Assembly (NCBI RefSeq): GCF_964355755.1
Contig: NC_092677.1
Location: forward strand, 8,144,101-8,208,100
Length of the DNA: 64,000 bases
Direction of reading: 5' to 3'
Origin: Antedon mediterranea
Lineage: Eukaryota > Animalia > Echinodermata
Below the pieces are notes generated by a model. The model worked only from the letters and a program-made list of their open reading frames with translations. It did no database searches and was not told the DNA's origin. Positions 12,230 through 24,237 of this stretch are shown piece after piece. The position numbers and the translations under genes are program-made. Positions within the stretch are counted from its first letter, which is position 1. Every line of letters begins with the position of its first letter.

Positions 12230-15200
12230 TTATTTTTTTCTTTTAACATTTATATATACAGGTGTATCATCCGTCTTCCTCTGTAGATCTTGGTAAAGGG
12301 TGCCTTTTTGTTCGCCATTATAAACGGTGTAAACCTAAAAAAAAAAAAGTGGAGAGTACAAATGAAATATCTGTAGTGAGGAATGTCTTTCAGTAGTTTA
12401 GTTTTTTTGTTTTGTTATTCCTTTAAAGCTCACACTGAACATAGTTGTTCATAAACACACAGGGACGAGAACTGAGAGCTATCTATGTTGCACTCATGTA
12501 TTTTTTACTCAATAACATTTAGTTAGGGCCTTATACATGCAAGTAAAAAGTTGCAAAAGGTAACAAATGGTTGATTAAAATATTGATTATAATATCGAAC
12601 AATTAGTATATCGCAATTCTTAAAATACCAAAAAATATACTCTACATGAAGAAAGTAAAACCAAGGCAATCTAACACCAGGATGCTGAGCTGCTCCAGAA
12701 ATCAAGGGTTTATTCGGCGGCTGCGACACGATCAGTGCCACAAACCTTAACAGACAACGCGGACCGCGCGGGGAATTTATTTGTTTATACTGTTGGTATT
12801 TGTCGCAGCCAGACATTAGATCAAAGGAATGTTACGAGTTCCTATCTTGGCAAGACCAGTGTCCTGTTGTTAGATTTCCCTGGTAAAACTTATGTCTTCA
12901 TAATATGTATACGGCAGGTGGGTATTGCTCTTTTCAAATTGTTCAAGATTGGTATTCACTCCCTCCTCTCATGCGGCGTCTAGTTGTAAAATGATAATTG
13001 TTTTACAACCCCCTAATTATATGCGTGCAAGACTGAACATTTTACTTACTGCCTCCTTTGTCTGGTGCGAAGCTTCTGGTACCTATAAAAAGATAAGGAA
13101 GTCATGGTAGGTTAAAGTTTCTGAACTCATACACATTAGATACATTGATGAGACATAAACCGTTGTGAAACAAACCTTTAAACAGAATCCTCACAACAGT
13201 TAGACATTATTTAACTACTGGTAGAACCTTCCAGGTTGCGTACTGTTTCATCTTTCAACGTCGTCCAAGTGCACAATCCATTTTCGTTATTTTGAGCAGA
13301 TTTTACTGAAGATGAATGCTTCCAATCAATACAGAATGTTTTGTCTTTCCGATGATGTAATCAGGTTTGATAGAGCGGCGTGATAAAAGTACTATAAAAG
13401 TATAATAACCTGATTCTTTGATGCTTTAATTTTGCCGAAGATTAAGAATACCGAAGAAGTTAAAAGTATTCCAACCGCAAGTCCAACAAATGCGATACCA
13501 ACGATGAGCCCGGCTTTTCGATTTTCTGAAACTGAAGCAAAGGTATTGTGAGAATGGTTCTATTTTATTCTATTTTAAATAATAACCTGATTCTTTGCCG
13601 ACGATTAAGAATACCGAGGAAGTTTAAAAAAAGTAAACTGAATTTTGAATGAATAGAACATCTCATCTCATCTCTCATCTCATAGCCTATTTCACCCACT
13701 GCTGTGTGAAGGCCTCCTCTAGCTGTTTCCATTTAGTTCTGTTCCTTGTCGATCTTTCCCATGTTGCCGTTTCCATGTACGTTGTTATGTCGTCACGCCA
13801 TCTTCTTTTTTGCCGTCTCTTCTTCTTCTCCCTGTCCTCGGCTGCCATTCATTCAATCTCTACGTCCTTCTGTTGTCGTCTCTTCTGGCTATGTTTCCTG
13901 CCATCTCCATTTCAATTCTTTGATCTTTACCATGATGTCTTTGACTGTTGTTCTTTTCCGTATCTCACTATTTCTTCTCTGTCTTGTATTGATAGATTTA
14001 CCATTTTTCTTTCCATCGCTCTTTGTGTTGTTATCAATTTTTGTTCCATCTCTTTCGTTGTTGCCCATGTCTCTGCCCAATTAACTATAGTTGTTAGAAC
14101 ACATTGATTGTACACCCTGCTTCTTATACCCCTTTCACACCAAAACTCCGGAGTGTCTCTGGAGTTCGCTCTCCGGAGAATGTTCAGCTGTTCAACCCCG
14201 CAGTTTTAAACTCCGGAGTTGCTTGATTTTACCTTTCACACCAAACAGCGGGACGTCAACTCCGGGGTGTCTCCGGAGTGTCTCCGGAGTTTTGCTTTTG
14301 GTGTGTGAAAGGGGTATTAGTGACATGGGAATGTCTTGGTCGGTCAGGATAGAACATGAATGAGTGTAAATTTCAAACATACAGGAACATAACAAACATT
14401 TGCAATAGGCACATTAAATAAATATTGTTTTTATTATGATTATGTTACGTATCGAGGTGCCAAGTGAACTACAGTGGCCGTATTTAATAAATAACACTTA
14501 ATTGAGATATTTCCCTTAAATCAAGACAATTAATTTAAATCACGTTATTATAATTACCTTCAAAACTGTAATTTGAATCCATGGTTGCTAAAAGCACAAA
14601 GAAAGAATTATGTTATGTTAATATTTCCACAAAAACATGACAATATAATGAGATTAAACATGTTCATTTGGTTTTTAGTTTCGAAAAGAATTGTCACAAT
14701 TTACTATGACAAATAAAGATAAATAAAATAAAAGCAAAAACAAATTTTCAATAGGCCTACTAATAAAGTTATTCTCTTTTGCCAAAAAATGAATAAAAAA
14801 TAAACTGTAAAAATATAATGTAACCAGGAACCCTTCCAGACAATGTGCTTCAGATATCAGATATACATCATTTTTTATTCAATGGAGAGAAGATATCTCT
14901 AGAAACTATTTCCAATTGTAATTCAAAATTCAAAAATCTTACAAAGCAACGAAAGTGTTCCTATGTTACTCAACTTTCCTTCATTTCTGTTGTAAGCGGC
15001 ATTTTCCGCTCGGCACTGATAAGCGCCCTCATCCATTTCATTTACTCTGTTAATCTCCAAAAACAAATATCTCTTAATAAATGACTTCATGTACTTCCCT
15101 TTATTTGAGACGTTCAGCAACTTTCCGTCTTTGAGCCACTCAGTGCTGATAGGAGGGTATCCATATGCAGTTAATGAACAAACAAACAAACCAGTTGTAT

Positions 15201-16801
15201 TTTTTCTTAAATGTATATCTGGTGATTTGAGAGTAATCTCTCCTAGATCTGTAATGATATTGTTTCATAATAACCATTAACCATTTCTCTATTATAGCTA
15301 CTCCCTGTTTTGCAAAATGTTGCGGAAGAGGGCTCAGTATACTTACAACTTACTCTAAAGTATTCTGATCTACTTGACTTCCCTTCTTCATCTTTAAACG
15401 CATCGTTCTCTACTTTACATTGGTACCGTCCTGTGTCCGTCTGTTCTAATCTAATGATCTCTAACGACGTTGTATTAGTCTGTGAATACTTCAGTGTGTC
15501 ATACACATCTATAACGTTCCCATTTTTCAACCATGTGACGTTGTATAAGTTCGGAACGCCTTTAGATGAGCATATAAATGTTGCATTTTCGCCTATCTTG
15601 CTGTACGTTACGGGAAGCTTTAGTACAGGTACTTCTAGATCTGTGTTTACAATCCACAAACAAAATTAATAAATAAATTAGTAGAAATACATTGTTTTTA
15701 TCTATGCAACAACAATTAAATTCACTTGCAAATGTGGATAAACCTATGCCTATGGATATAAGCCAAATATCATTTGACAGTCATGATTACAATCATAGCA
15801 CTGTGACTAGGTAGGTCAGGACTAACCCTTGAGATTGGAAGAAAATCACCAAGCTTTAAACTTCACAACAAATACAATTGAATACACATTATGTCAATTC
15901 AATTGCTCTCTACATGACAGCGTATCACATGGTATTCGAACATACAGTATCTATAATAGTGAAAAATACAAATTGTGTGTGCTTCTTTTCTACTTACAAT
16001 TGACAATCAGCTGGTAGTTTGCACCTTTCCCAGTTACTTCGTCTCTGCAAAAGTAGGAATCAGCATCACTAATATCAATCTTTCTAATAGAAAGAGCACC
16101 ATCACTTTGTAAAATGTATCTCCCATTACTAGGCCTACTAATACTTTCGTCGTCAGTAGAAACAATAAGATCTTTAACTGACGTTGATGATCTGTACCAA
16201 CGAGTACCGAAACTACTTTTTATTGAACATGTCGGCAGTTCTCTTGATTCACCAGCTTTAACCTCAATAATTGAACATGTTATTGCTCGAATACCTACAA
16301 AGATAATAAAATGCAGATATTCTTTGATTTTAGTTTCATTATTATGCACAAAAAACGTTAATAGCAGAGCAGATAAAAAGTTAGTAGGCCTACATCTGCA
16401 ATAATGGTTACATAATAAATATATAGCATTATAGGCCTATGATATAAAATGCCTGCGTGTATCATGTGAGTTTTGAAAATCGTACTTGGCTTGGTAACGA
16501 AGATACGGATTTTCGTGATTAATGAGTTATGTACTCGTGGTTATTTGTGAGTACGGAGTTCGGTATGCTTGCTGTTATTACAACAAGCCAGATATGTTGT
16601 ATATAAAGGCGAATAAATTGATCTGATTGTGTCGTACACATCGTCTAGTCTAGGATGTGTACCTTTTCTTTAAATTACTCAAGTATAACGAAGAATGACA
16701 TCAAGTGGCCACAAGAAAAACGTTAAGCAGCCAAAAAATAAATTATACTTACTAAAACATAAAACAATTATTATTGACACGTAGTGGTAATGAATGTGCA
16801 T
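12230..16801 (-). CDS. Type I transmembrane Ig-superfamily receptor (V-like + two I/C2-like domains) with tyrosine-motif cytoplasmic tail (~411 aa)
   Basis: Exons 16801-16753 (signal), 16294-15998, 15640-15347, 15248-14943 (three phase 1-1 Ig exons with DADSYFC, DTGRYQC, DEGAYQC), 14587-14558, 13531-13410 (TM: AGLIVGIAFVGLAVGILLTSSVFLIF), 13082-13050, 12334-12230; 1236 nt open. The two small exons and the last exon are less certain. Confidence 0.8.
13660..14395 (-). mobile_element. RTE-clade LINE 3' fragment, frameshifted and interrupted by a MITE
   Basis: Pieces VYNQCVL..AETW..TKEMEQKLITTQRAMERKM, IKELKWRW, RRWRDDI, WKQLEEAFTQQW*; ends in a (GATGA)n tail at ~13660-13683. Confidence 0.85.
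14127..14316. mobile_element. PIF/Harbinger (Tourist-like) MITE
   Basis: TIRs TACCCCTTTCACAC / GTGTGAAAGGGGTA, TTA target-site duplication on both sides, internal CTCCGGAG palindromes. Confidence 0.85.
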
Positions 16802-18026
16802 GTTTACAATGGTGTCTAAGTATCAGACTGAAGAAGAAACAACTGCAGTAGTAAATACGGGATTTTCTATTTACTACTAGTAGGCCTATACCCCGATACC
16901 GGACACATTTCCGCTTTTACATGTATGGTTTTGTAACCAAGGCCAATTAACTTTCTTTTTACAAACTCTAAATTTATGTTAATGTTTCCTGCTCAAATAT
17001 AAAATGTATATGTTGTAACTGGTTATTAGTTTTGATCATATTCGCACTGATCTTAATTTTGGGGTTTTTTTGTTATATATAAACGACAGTATACTTGTTG
17101 ATTAGAACATTCAAATAATTAACTCGACTTTTTTTGAAAAAACGGAAGGACATGTACGTGTTAGATTAAAGCGTTCTAGAGAACTTTCTTGAAATTTTTA
17201 GGGAATTTCTGAGATCCGCTCTGGTAAAAAACAAGGAAACCGATTAACTGTACGAACTAAAACCTTTTGTTTTGCATACATTTAATCAGAATTAGTCTAC
17301 ATCCCATACATACAATACAATATACAGTAATATATAACGTCATTATCATATCATTAATATAAAAATATTAGCAAATTATGTTTAATAGTATATTAATATA
17401 GTTTGTAAATACAAATTGATTATTGCTTTTATATACTATATTCCTGTTGACGAAGAGGCATACCACAGAACCTCTTGCAAAAAGTATAATTCCACCATCC
17501 CTTATATTGCAACAAAATACAGGTATCAACTTAAAGACCAGTTAAATCCAATTCGAGAATACTGTCCGGTAACATTCATTTCATAACTTTGAAACTACAG
17601 CCCGCACTTGAAGCTTGAGAATTCTTTCCCGAAAATTATAACAAAGAACATGAACCGAGTAGTTTGCATCGATACAAAACAACGGAATTTGTTACATTAT
17701 GATTAACAACAATTCTTAATAACCTTATTTATTTTTTAACAGCGGAATCAGAACGTTCGCCGTAAAATAAGTAAACAAAAGACATGTTAATTGGGTAACT
17801 ATTTTTTCACAGTATTTTCCTATGAAAGATTGATTGAAATTTGTTTATACCAAAAAAAACCAGCAGAATTGTTATTATAAAATTTGCGGCACACCTCATA
17901 TATATATATTTCTGAGAAGAACTTTTTGAGTTGAGTAGAATTGTTATTATATGTTAAGCTAAAAATGTATTGTTTCTTTCCTAGAGCAAACGTTTTGTTT
18001 GCTTTATTGGTCAGCTTGACTGTTGT

Positions 18027-21000
18027 CTAAAGAGAAGCTTTTGGCAGTCTTTCAGGATCAAGTTGTATATTAGTGCCATGTATGACGTCATCGGCTGCAT
18101 CATCAGTAAACACTTTGTCCAGGTTCGAATCATAGTCTATACCTAAAGAAACAAAAGAAAATATATTTTTGGAATAGATTTCTTCCTAATATGGTATTAT
18201 TATATTACCATTCCTTCCTTATATGTTACAAATATTAATATTATATCAAACACACAATACAACAACAAAAATATAAAGTTCATGCCTACCTAAATGTTTT
18301 GATATAAACGCGATAAGCGCGTCGTTGTTGTTATCCATAGCAACGTACGGATCAGCATCACCTTGTAGTCCGGCCAATTTCCCGATAAATTTGCTTGTTA
18401 GAAATGTGAAGTCACTCTGGCTCTGATGAACTGTTTCGCTAAAAAATAAAGCGTCATGAAGTCGTTATAATTTGTTCTTTATTACAAGGACGTAAGCGCA
18501 ATGCAAGTAATTTGACCAATCACAACACGATGGATTATTCAAATGTTCGCTTGTCATTGTATGTCAACTCACTTACATGCTTTGCGCTTAATTCGTTTCG
18601 TCCTAGAGGACTAAGCTTAAAGCCTAGTCTAGCAAACTTGTTTTGCCACTGTTTGAAGATGTTGTGTTATTGAAGTATTCTATATAATAAACGGCCAATT
18701 TACACAGACGAGCGATAACGGTAAGCGGAAAACAAAAATGTAGAATCTATGTTATTCCGTATGACCATTTACACACAAGGTGGAGCGGACGGACAGTTTC
18801 CGCTAAGAAAAGTTGAAGATTCTATGTGGGACAAGCTACGCGGTTCTCCGCTTACCGATACCGCTCGTCGTCTTTATGATGACTTCTTGCTGTTAGATGT
18901 GAACACAATCTTTAAAAAAAATTAAAAATAAGTAAAATGATTTTCCAAATCATACCGAAGTGTCAACATCTTCCTGTCTTCAATCTGATTGGTGGGATTG
19001 ACGAGGTACGTCATCGCTGCAACGTTTGCTGCCCATTGAAAATGCTCTGAGTTGATGATAAGGAGAGGTTGCGTTATTGTACTGAGCATCGGCTTCTCTA
19101 GTGGATACATCCAGGGATCAAACGCTACACCAACTCTGATAATAACAAATCTTGCACTTAGAGGGGTAGAGAATATTTTTTATAAATCATATTTTTATAT
19201 TTTCCCAGTTAGGTGTTGAGCCTTTGAGCCATGATGGTTCTCACTCCTTATGGTTCTGAATAAATGGTCTTGGTAAGCAATGTAGAATGTTGTGAATGCT
19301 TGAATGAACATTATATTAAAAGCAATTACGCGCGTGGAAAAAGATGTGGGTCTGTCTTTGTTTTGTTCGAGTTGCCAATTTTAGGAAAATCAGAATAGGT
19401 GAAACCATTGCTCAAAGTGAAGTAACATGAAAGACGCAACTTAAGTGGTAAATGACACCAGAATACATACAGCATAAAGGAACATCGCTAATCTTATGTA
19501 GGAGTATGGTAAACGGAAAGTGTGCATTGATTGGGTTAAATAACAATGTATATATCAACAAATACACCCACACATTGAAATACAAATTACTCATCTCTTT
19601 CTTGAACTAGCAATAATAAACTGACTAATATAAGCAAAAAACTCACTTAAAACGTTGCTCTTTCTTAAGTGTTTGTATTGCTGTTCCTCCTCCGAAGGAG
19701 TGACCAATCATTGATAGTTTATCAAAATCAAGTAAACCCTACAACAATCAGTAAAAACAAAAAAATTAATAATGAAAATAAATGTTTACAGAGTGACTCA
19801 ATACATTAATATAAGCCAATGATTTGTTTATCTGTACTATAGTGTCAAGGTCAAGTGTTTATTCAAGGTCAAATATTGCATAAATCCTTGTGATTATAAG
19901 AAATCATGAGGACTATCAGTGCCACTTACCATTACTCTGGTTCATATTAGATAATTATGATAATGAAGATTTATAGCACCAAATCCAGGATGGACTTAGT
20001 TGTTATACCTTTCCAACAACATTTTTCTCCCCTAAGAGTCACGTCAATGACACCATTACGTTTTTCCACGAAAGTGACTCTGTGAACTAGCACAACAGGG
20101 TTTCGAAAATGTACTAGGTTCTTTAAATTGCACACGACCATTATTGTTTACACTGGAGTAGACTTGCCCCAAGTCTGTATTATCTTCATTTTTTTTTTAT
20201 TTATTTGTTTTTTATTTCGACCGCGATTTTTGTCTGAAAATACAGACTTGTGAAACACGTATAGAAATCGGTTTGCAGACCGCAAACATCCGATAAGAAT
20301 GACGTAGGTTATCATACCGTATTTGGCTATATAGGGCGGGCGGTATGTAAATATGGATTTCGAATCAACCAATGATCATTTTGTTTCAAAATGAAAAAGA
20401 TCGGGTACGTGCAGTGCTGAATGTACGATCGAGACTGTTGAAATATAAAATCGTAATGCCAAGTTGTTTTGTTTATTAATTGTTTAGTCCTTGGCCTAGG
20501 CCTCTTTCGTAGGTCCTACTCAATTCGCACGTATGACCTGCCAAATAAAACGCCAATAAAGTAGGCCTACATACCACCACCAGCACACAACAGGTCTACA
20601 CCACCACACAGCAGGACAGGGTCGGGTGAGAATTAAATCTTAAATCAAAATTATCTCCGCGTAATAAATGATCCATTCAATGTTTGATTTGCGGAGAAGC
20701 TAGCCTATCATATCAAGACGAGTTTTCATGTTCTTGGGAAAAACCCCATCAAATGTTTACCAGACTACTAGGCATATAAAATAATATCTAGCCTTCAGAA
20801 ACTTTCATAAATGTACCTAAGTACACATCATCTTAGTTGTTGAGTCTTTGAAATTCTGAAATATGAATATTAAAACGGTGTACGAGTGAGTAGCCAATCG
20901 CATGCAGCTGAAACTAGTCAACCGGATAATCGTATGCACCAAGAATTCTTGGTGTCAAACCACGTGACTTGTGCGTGTTTCCCCAGACGGAGTATCCAAA

Positions 21001-23861
21001 ATCAAGTAGTATACGTATGAAATGCCATATGTGCCAAAATATTTTTCTTTTTACTAATATTAAGACAAAACTCCGTCTGCAACCCAGACTAACACTGGAG
21101 ATACGGTCAATAGTTCTTATCCGAAAAGATTCCTTCCAACACCATGGAGCAAGTGCAATAAGGCCGCTAGATTATGGTTCAACTGTCTTACACGCTCGGC
21201 CATTCACTTACTAAAGATGATTACTTAAGTTTGACCATGAGTACAAAAAACGTTTAAAAAACAAGAATACTGTACCTTAAATTGTGACAAATCAAATTCA
21301 CCTCCAAGATAATTTCTAACTTCTGTTCCATTATTAATCTTTTCCAGTAAATTCAATCCTTTAATACACTCATCAGCTCTCTGGTTGACCTTCAAAGAAC
21401 AAAAGTTTCTGCTTAATAGGGGTGTCCCCTGAATACAGGTTGGCCATTAGTCGTATAGGTCTGCATTTCCCCTCTAACGGGAAAGTGTTCTTTAAAGGGT
21501 CTTTCACATCTTCTCTGGGTTAGGCAAATAAAATCGCATCTCACCTCGCGCATATCAATCATTTTGGCGCATGAAAACAAAACAGTGAGGTTCGATTTTA
21601 TTTGCCGGAGTCGGACCAGAATTGGAAAGGACAAGGTGTGAAAGACTATAAACATAGGTTTCCTTAATAGAGGTGTCACGAATTAATACTAATGTCAATT
21701 GTAGTGGTTGTTACATGCCTGTATGATTTCTGCAATCTTTTATTAATTAAAATAAAATAGTTTTAAATAATATGTTATAATTTAAATTGAAGATATAAAA
21801 TGTTTTATAAAAATAAATATTTTACTTCCATTATATTATTATTAGACCTACCTGTCCATTTCTTATTTTAAAATCTTCGTCGGTTTTGTCTTTTACTCTG
21901 ATGAATTTAACATATTCCTCCTTATACTCAGACTCTGAATCTGCTGAATCACCATCTTTTAAGTAATATGTAGCGCATGCCGATTTGTCCCTTTAAACCA
22001 TGAGTGAAACACATTTTTTTTTTAATATTTTACATACAATATTCATATGAGATGCATATATTCAAATGAGATTCATATATTCATATGAGATGCATATATT
22101 CAAATGAGATTCATATATTCATATGAGATGCATAAATTCAAATGAGATGCTTCAAATGAGACGGATGCGTATCAATTTTATTCAAAAGGGCCAATAAAAA
22201 AGAAGGCAGGAAAAAAAATGCGATTATTGTCAGGACAAACTATACAAGTAGCTGGTAAATATGGAATTTCACAACTGAAGATTACACATCTGAATTACCT
22301 ATGCTCAACTGCTGCCACGAAAAATCCTTGTGAAGCTAGCTCCAGACAAATGGTTGTGTACGTTGTTCTCATCGCACCCAACCCATGCGAAAAAACAACG
22401 ACTGGAAGCGTCTGATTCTCCGCTAGTTTACGAACATTTGCATATTGTATTGCAGGTACACGATAACTACCTTAAATCACGAATAAGAAACAATGGAAAT
22501 TAAATAAATACAAATGTGTATTAACATTTATATAATAATTTTCAGAAGATAAAGTACAGAATAATTTAACCAGGTGGCACTAATGAATAATTAATATTTG
22601 CATATAAAATAATTGGCAGTAAAAATGTATGGAATAATATACCACCAATGGGCAATAATGAATAATTAATGAATAATTACCAAACATCAAATGAAATAAC
22701 CACTTTGAAAATTTGCTAGTGAAGGAAGTGAATTCACTATAGCTATCCGAGTAGGCACGGTTTGGTATCCACAATGGCTGCTTCGTTTGTTTCAAATCAT
22801 CGGCTGTTAGGTCTGTCGGGTAATACAATCTAGTGAATGTGCTAAAATACGGAAAAGAATGTGTTGATTGAAAAGATAGAATGAGGTAGTCAAGTCTGCA
22901 ATAGGCAGTGCTGATTTTGCCTAAAAACTTCCTAAATTTACATTTTTTAGTTACTAAAACCAAGGAAGGGTTAAATTATTTCTTCTCTGCTAAAACAAAC
23001 AAAAGCCAAAACCATAAATGTAGTTTCTTTTCTGAAGTAGATTATATACTTAATATTATTATTGTTATTGACAAGAACCTACTGTAATTCACGTTCACAG
23101 CTAAAATTATGAATAATAAGTGAAGCATAGAAAACAATGATCCGAGCAGCTGACCTTGTTTTTAAGGAGTGTACTTATTATGTACAGTATTGAATCACCT
23201 GATAAAAGAGATAGCACGTCAGTACAGTCAATATACTGATACTTAGTGCAGAATCTCAATAAGGTGCGAACGAGTGACTACGCCTCTTTACAAGAAATCC
23301 CCATACATTCTAAAAAGGAAGTTATAGCATCAATGCTTCAGACAGAAAAGCATTGTTAATTTTTTTTTGTAATCAAAATAAATTTTCCACCCTATTCACC
23401 AAAACTAAACCTGGTGCTAGCTGGCAACTACATACAAATCTCTTTATTTTTACTTTTTACAAATGCCTTACAATTGAATAAACTGTATTTCTACAGAGAT
23501 TGTTTGAGATATGGATCGATTATAGAGAAATTATAGGCCTAGACATAAAGTATGCTTGTCAAACCACACAAAAACTGTAATTGCTTATATGGAGACAACT
23601 ATCAATATAAAAACTTGTCGTTAAAATGAACACCCACGGTTCAATGCCTACTTTAAAATGATTGTATTGAATTGAATAGTTGTATACACAGTAGCTCAAG
23701 GAATGCAAGTCAGTGTATCAGGAAGTCGTTGGTTATTCTTTTAGAATTGAGAGTATTTTACAACTTACTTACATTACAATCAAAGGATTTAGCAATAAAA
23801 TAATAATTCTATACTTATAATAGCAGAGAGAGCAGAAGAGAGAACAAAGAAAACGCCACGC

Positions 23862-23897
<36 letters not shown>

Positions 23898-24237
23898 GAC
23901 GGTATGCTACTACTATAGCTACTTAGGCCTACTAAGCTGCTTTGCTGACATTTCTAAATATTTGATTACATTCAAAATCGGTCGTAAAAACTGGTCCCGA
24001 TCGTCTTCGGACTGACCGTCTGCGGTTCCGATTGCCTGTTCTCCTGATGGTGAGTTACTGTTAGGCCTCCTATAAAAGTAGGCACGGGATAGGCCTAGCT
24101 CCGCACACATATAATTACCGGCGAGGCACTTACCCATTTATAGAATTGTCCGACATAACATCTGCAAGTCCGACAACAAATGGCCCTCGTCCTGGAGGAA
24201 TTCCATGACATTTATTTCTGGGGACTGCCGGCTTCAT
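18027..24237 (-). CDS. PAFAH2: Platelet-activating factor acetylhydrolase (group VII PLA2; PAFAH2/PLA2G7 family), ~408 aa, 9 coding exons
   Basis: Exons 24237-24134, 22841-22681, 22470-22299, 21990-21852, 21389-21276, 19738-19647, 19135-18956, 18438-18290, 18142-18027 (1227 nt). Motifs [19 protein letters not shown]...[23 protein letters not shown] (Ser), DPWM (Asp), HQSQSDF (His). No signal peptide. Probably co-orthologous to PLA2G7 and PAFAH2. Confidence 0.92.
18487..18620. mobile_element. Palindromic MITE (family copy 2)
   Basis: AGGACGTAAGCGCAA..TTTGACCAATCACAA..CGCTTGTCATTG..TTGCGCTTA..CGTCCTA. Confidence 0.6.
18692..18872. mobile_element. MITE remnant with inverted repeats
   Basis: GACGAGCGATAACGGTAAGCGGA ... 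TCCGCTTACCGATACCGCTCGTC. Confidence 0.55.
22040..22160. repeat. 19-bp minisatellite with alternating variants (38-bp dimer)
   Basis: ATTCATATGAGATGCATAT alternating with ATTCAAATGAGATTCATAT, about 6 units. Confidence 0.85.

Noticed and set aside
12960-12979. In-frame TGA as selenocysteine or readthrough
   Set aside because: No SECIS found, and a simpler open gene model skips this segment.
13649-14363. Plus-strand ORFs of 152, 112 and 90 aa
   Set aside because: Antisense to the RTE fragment and MITE.
15089-16404. Plus-strand ORFs over the Ig exons
   Set aside because: Antisense shadows of real minus-strand exons.
21395-21690. 88-aa ORF in a PAF-AH intron
   Set aside because: Overlaps repeated TTAATAG(G/A)GGTGTC motifs typical of a decayed MITE; no protein similarity, and boundaries too unclear to call.
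23919-24137. 72-aa ORF starting MGKC (possible myristoylated alternative start)
   Set aside because: It spans the exon 1 donor into the intron, ends in a stop and has no PAF-AH similarity.
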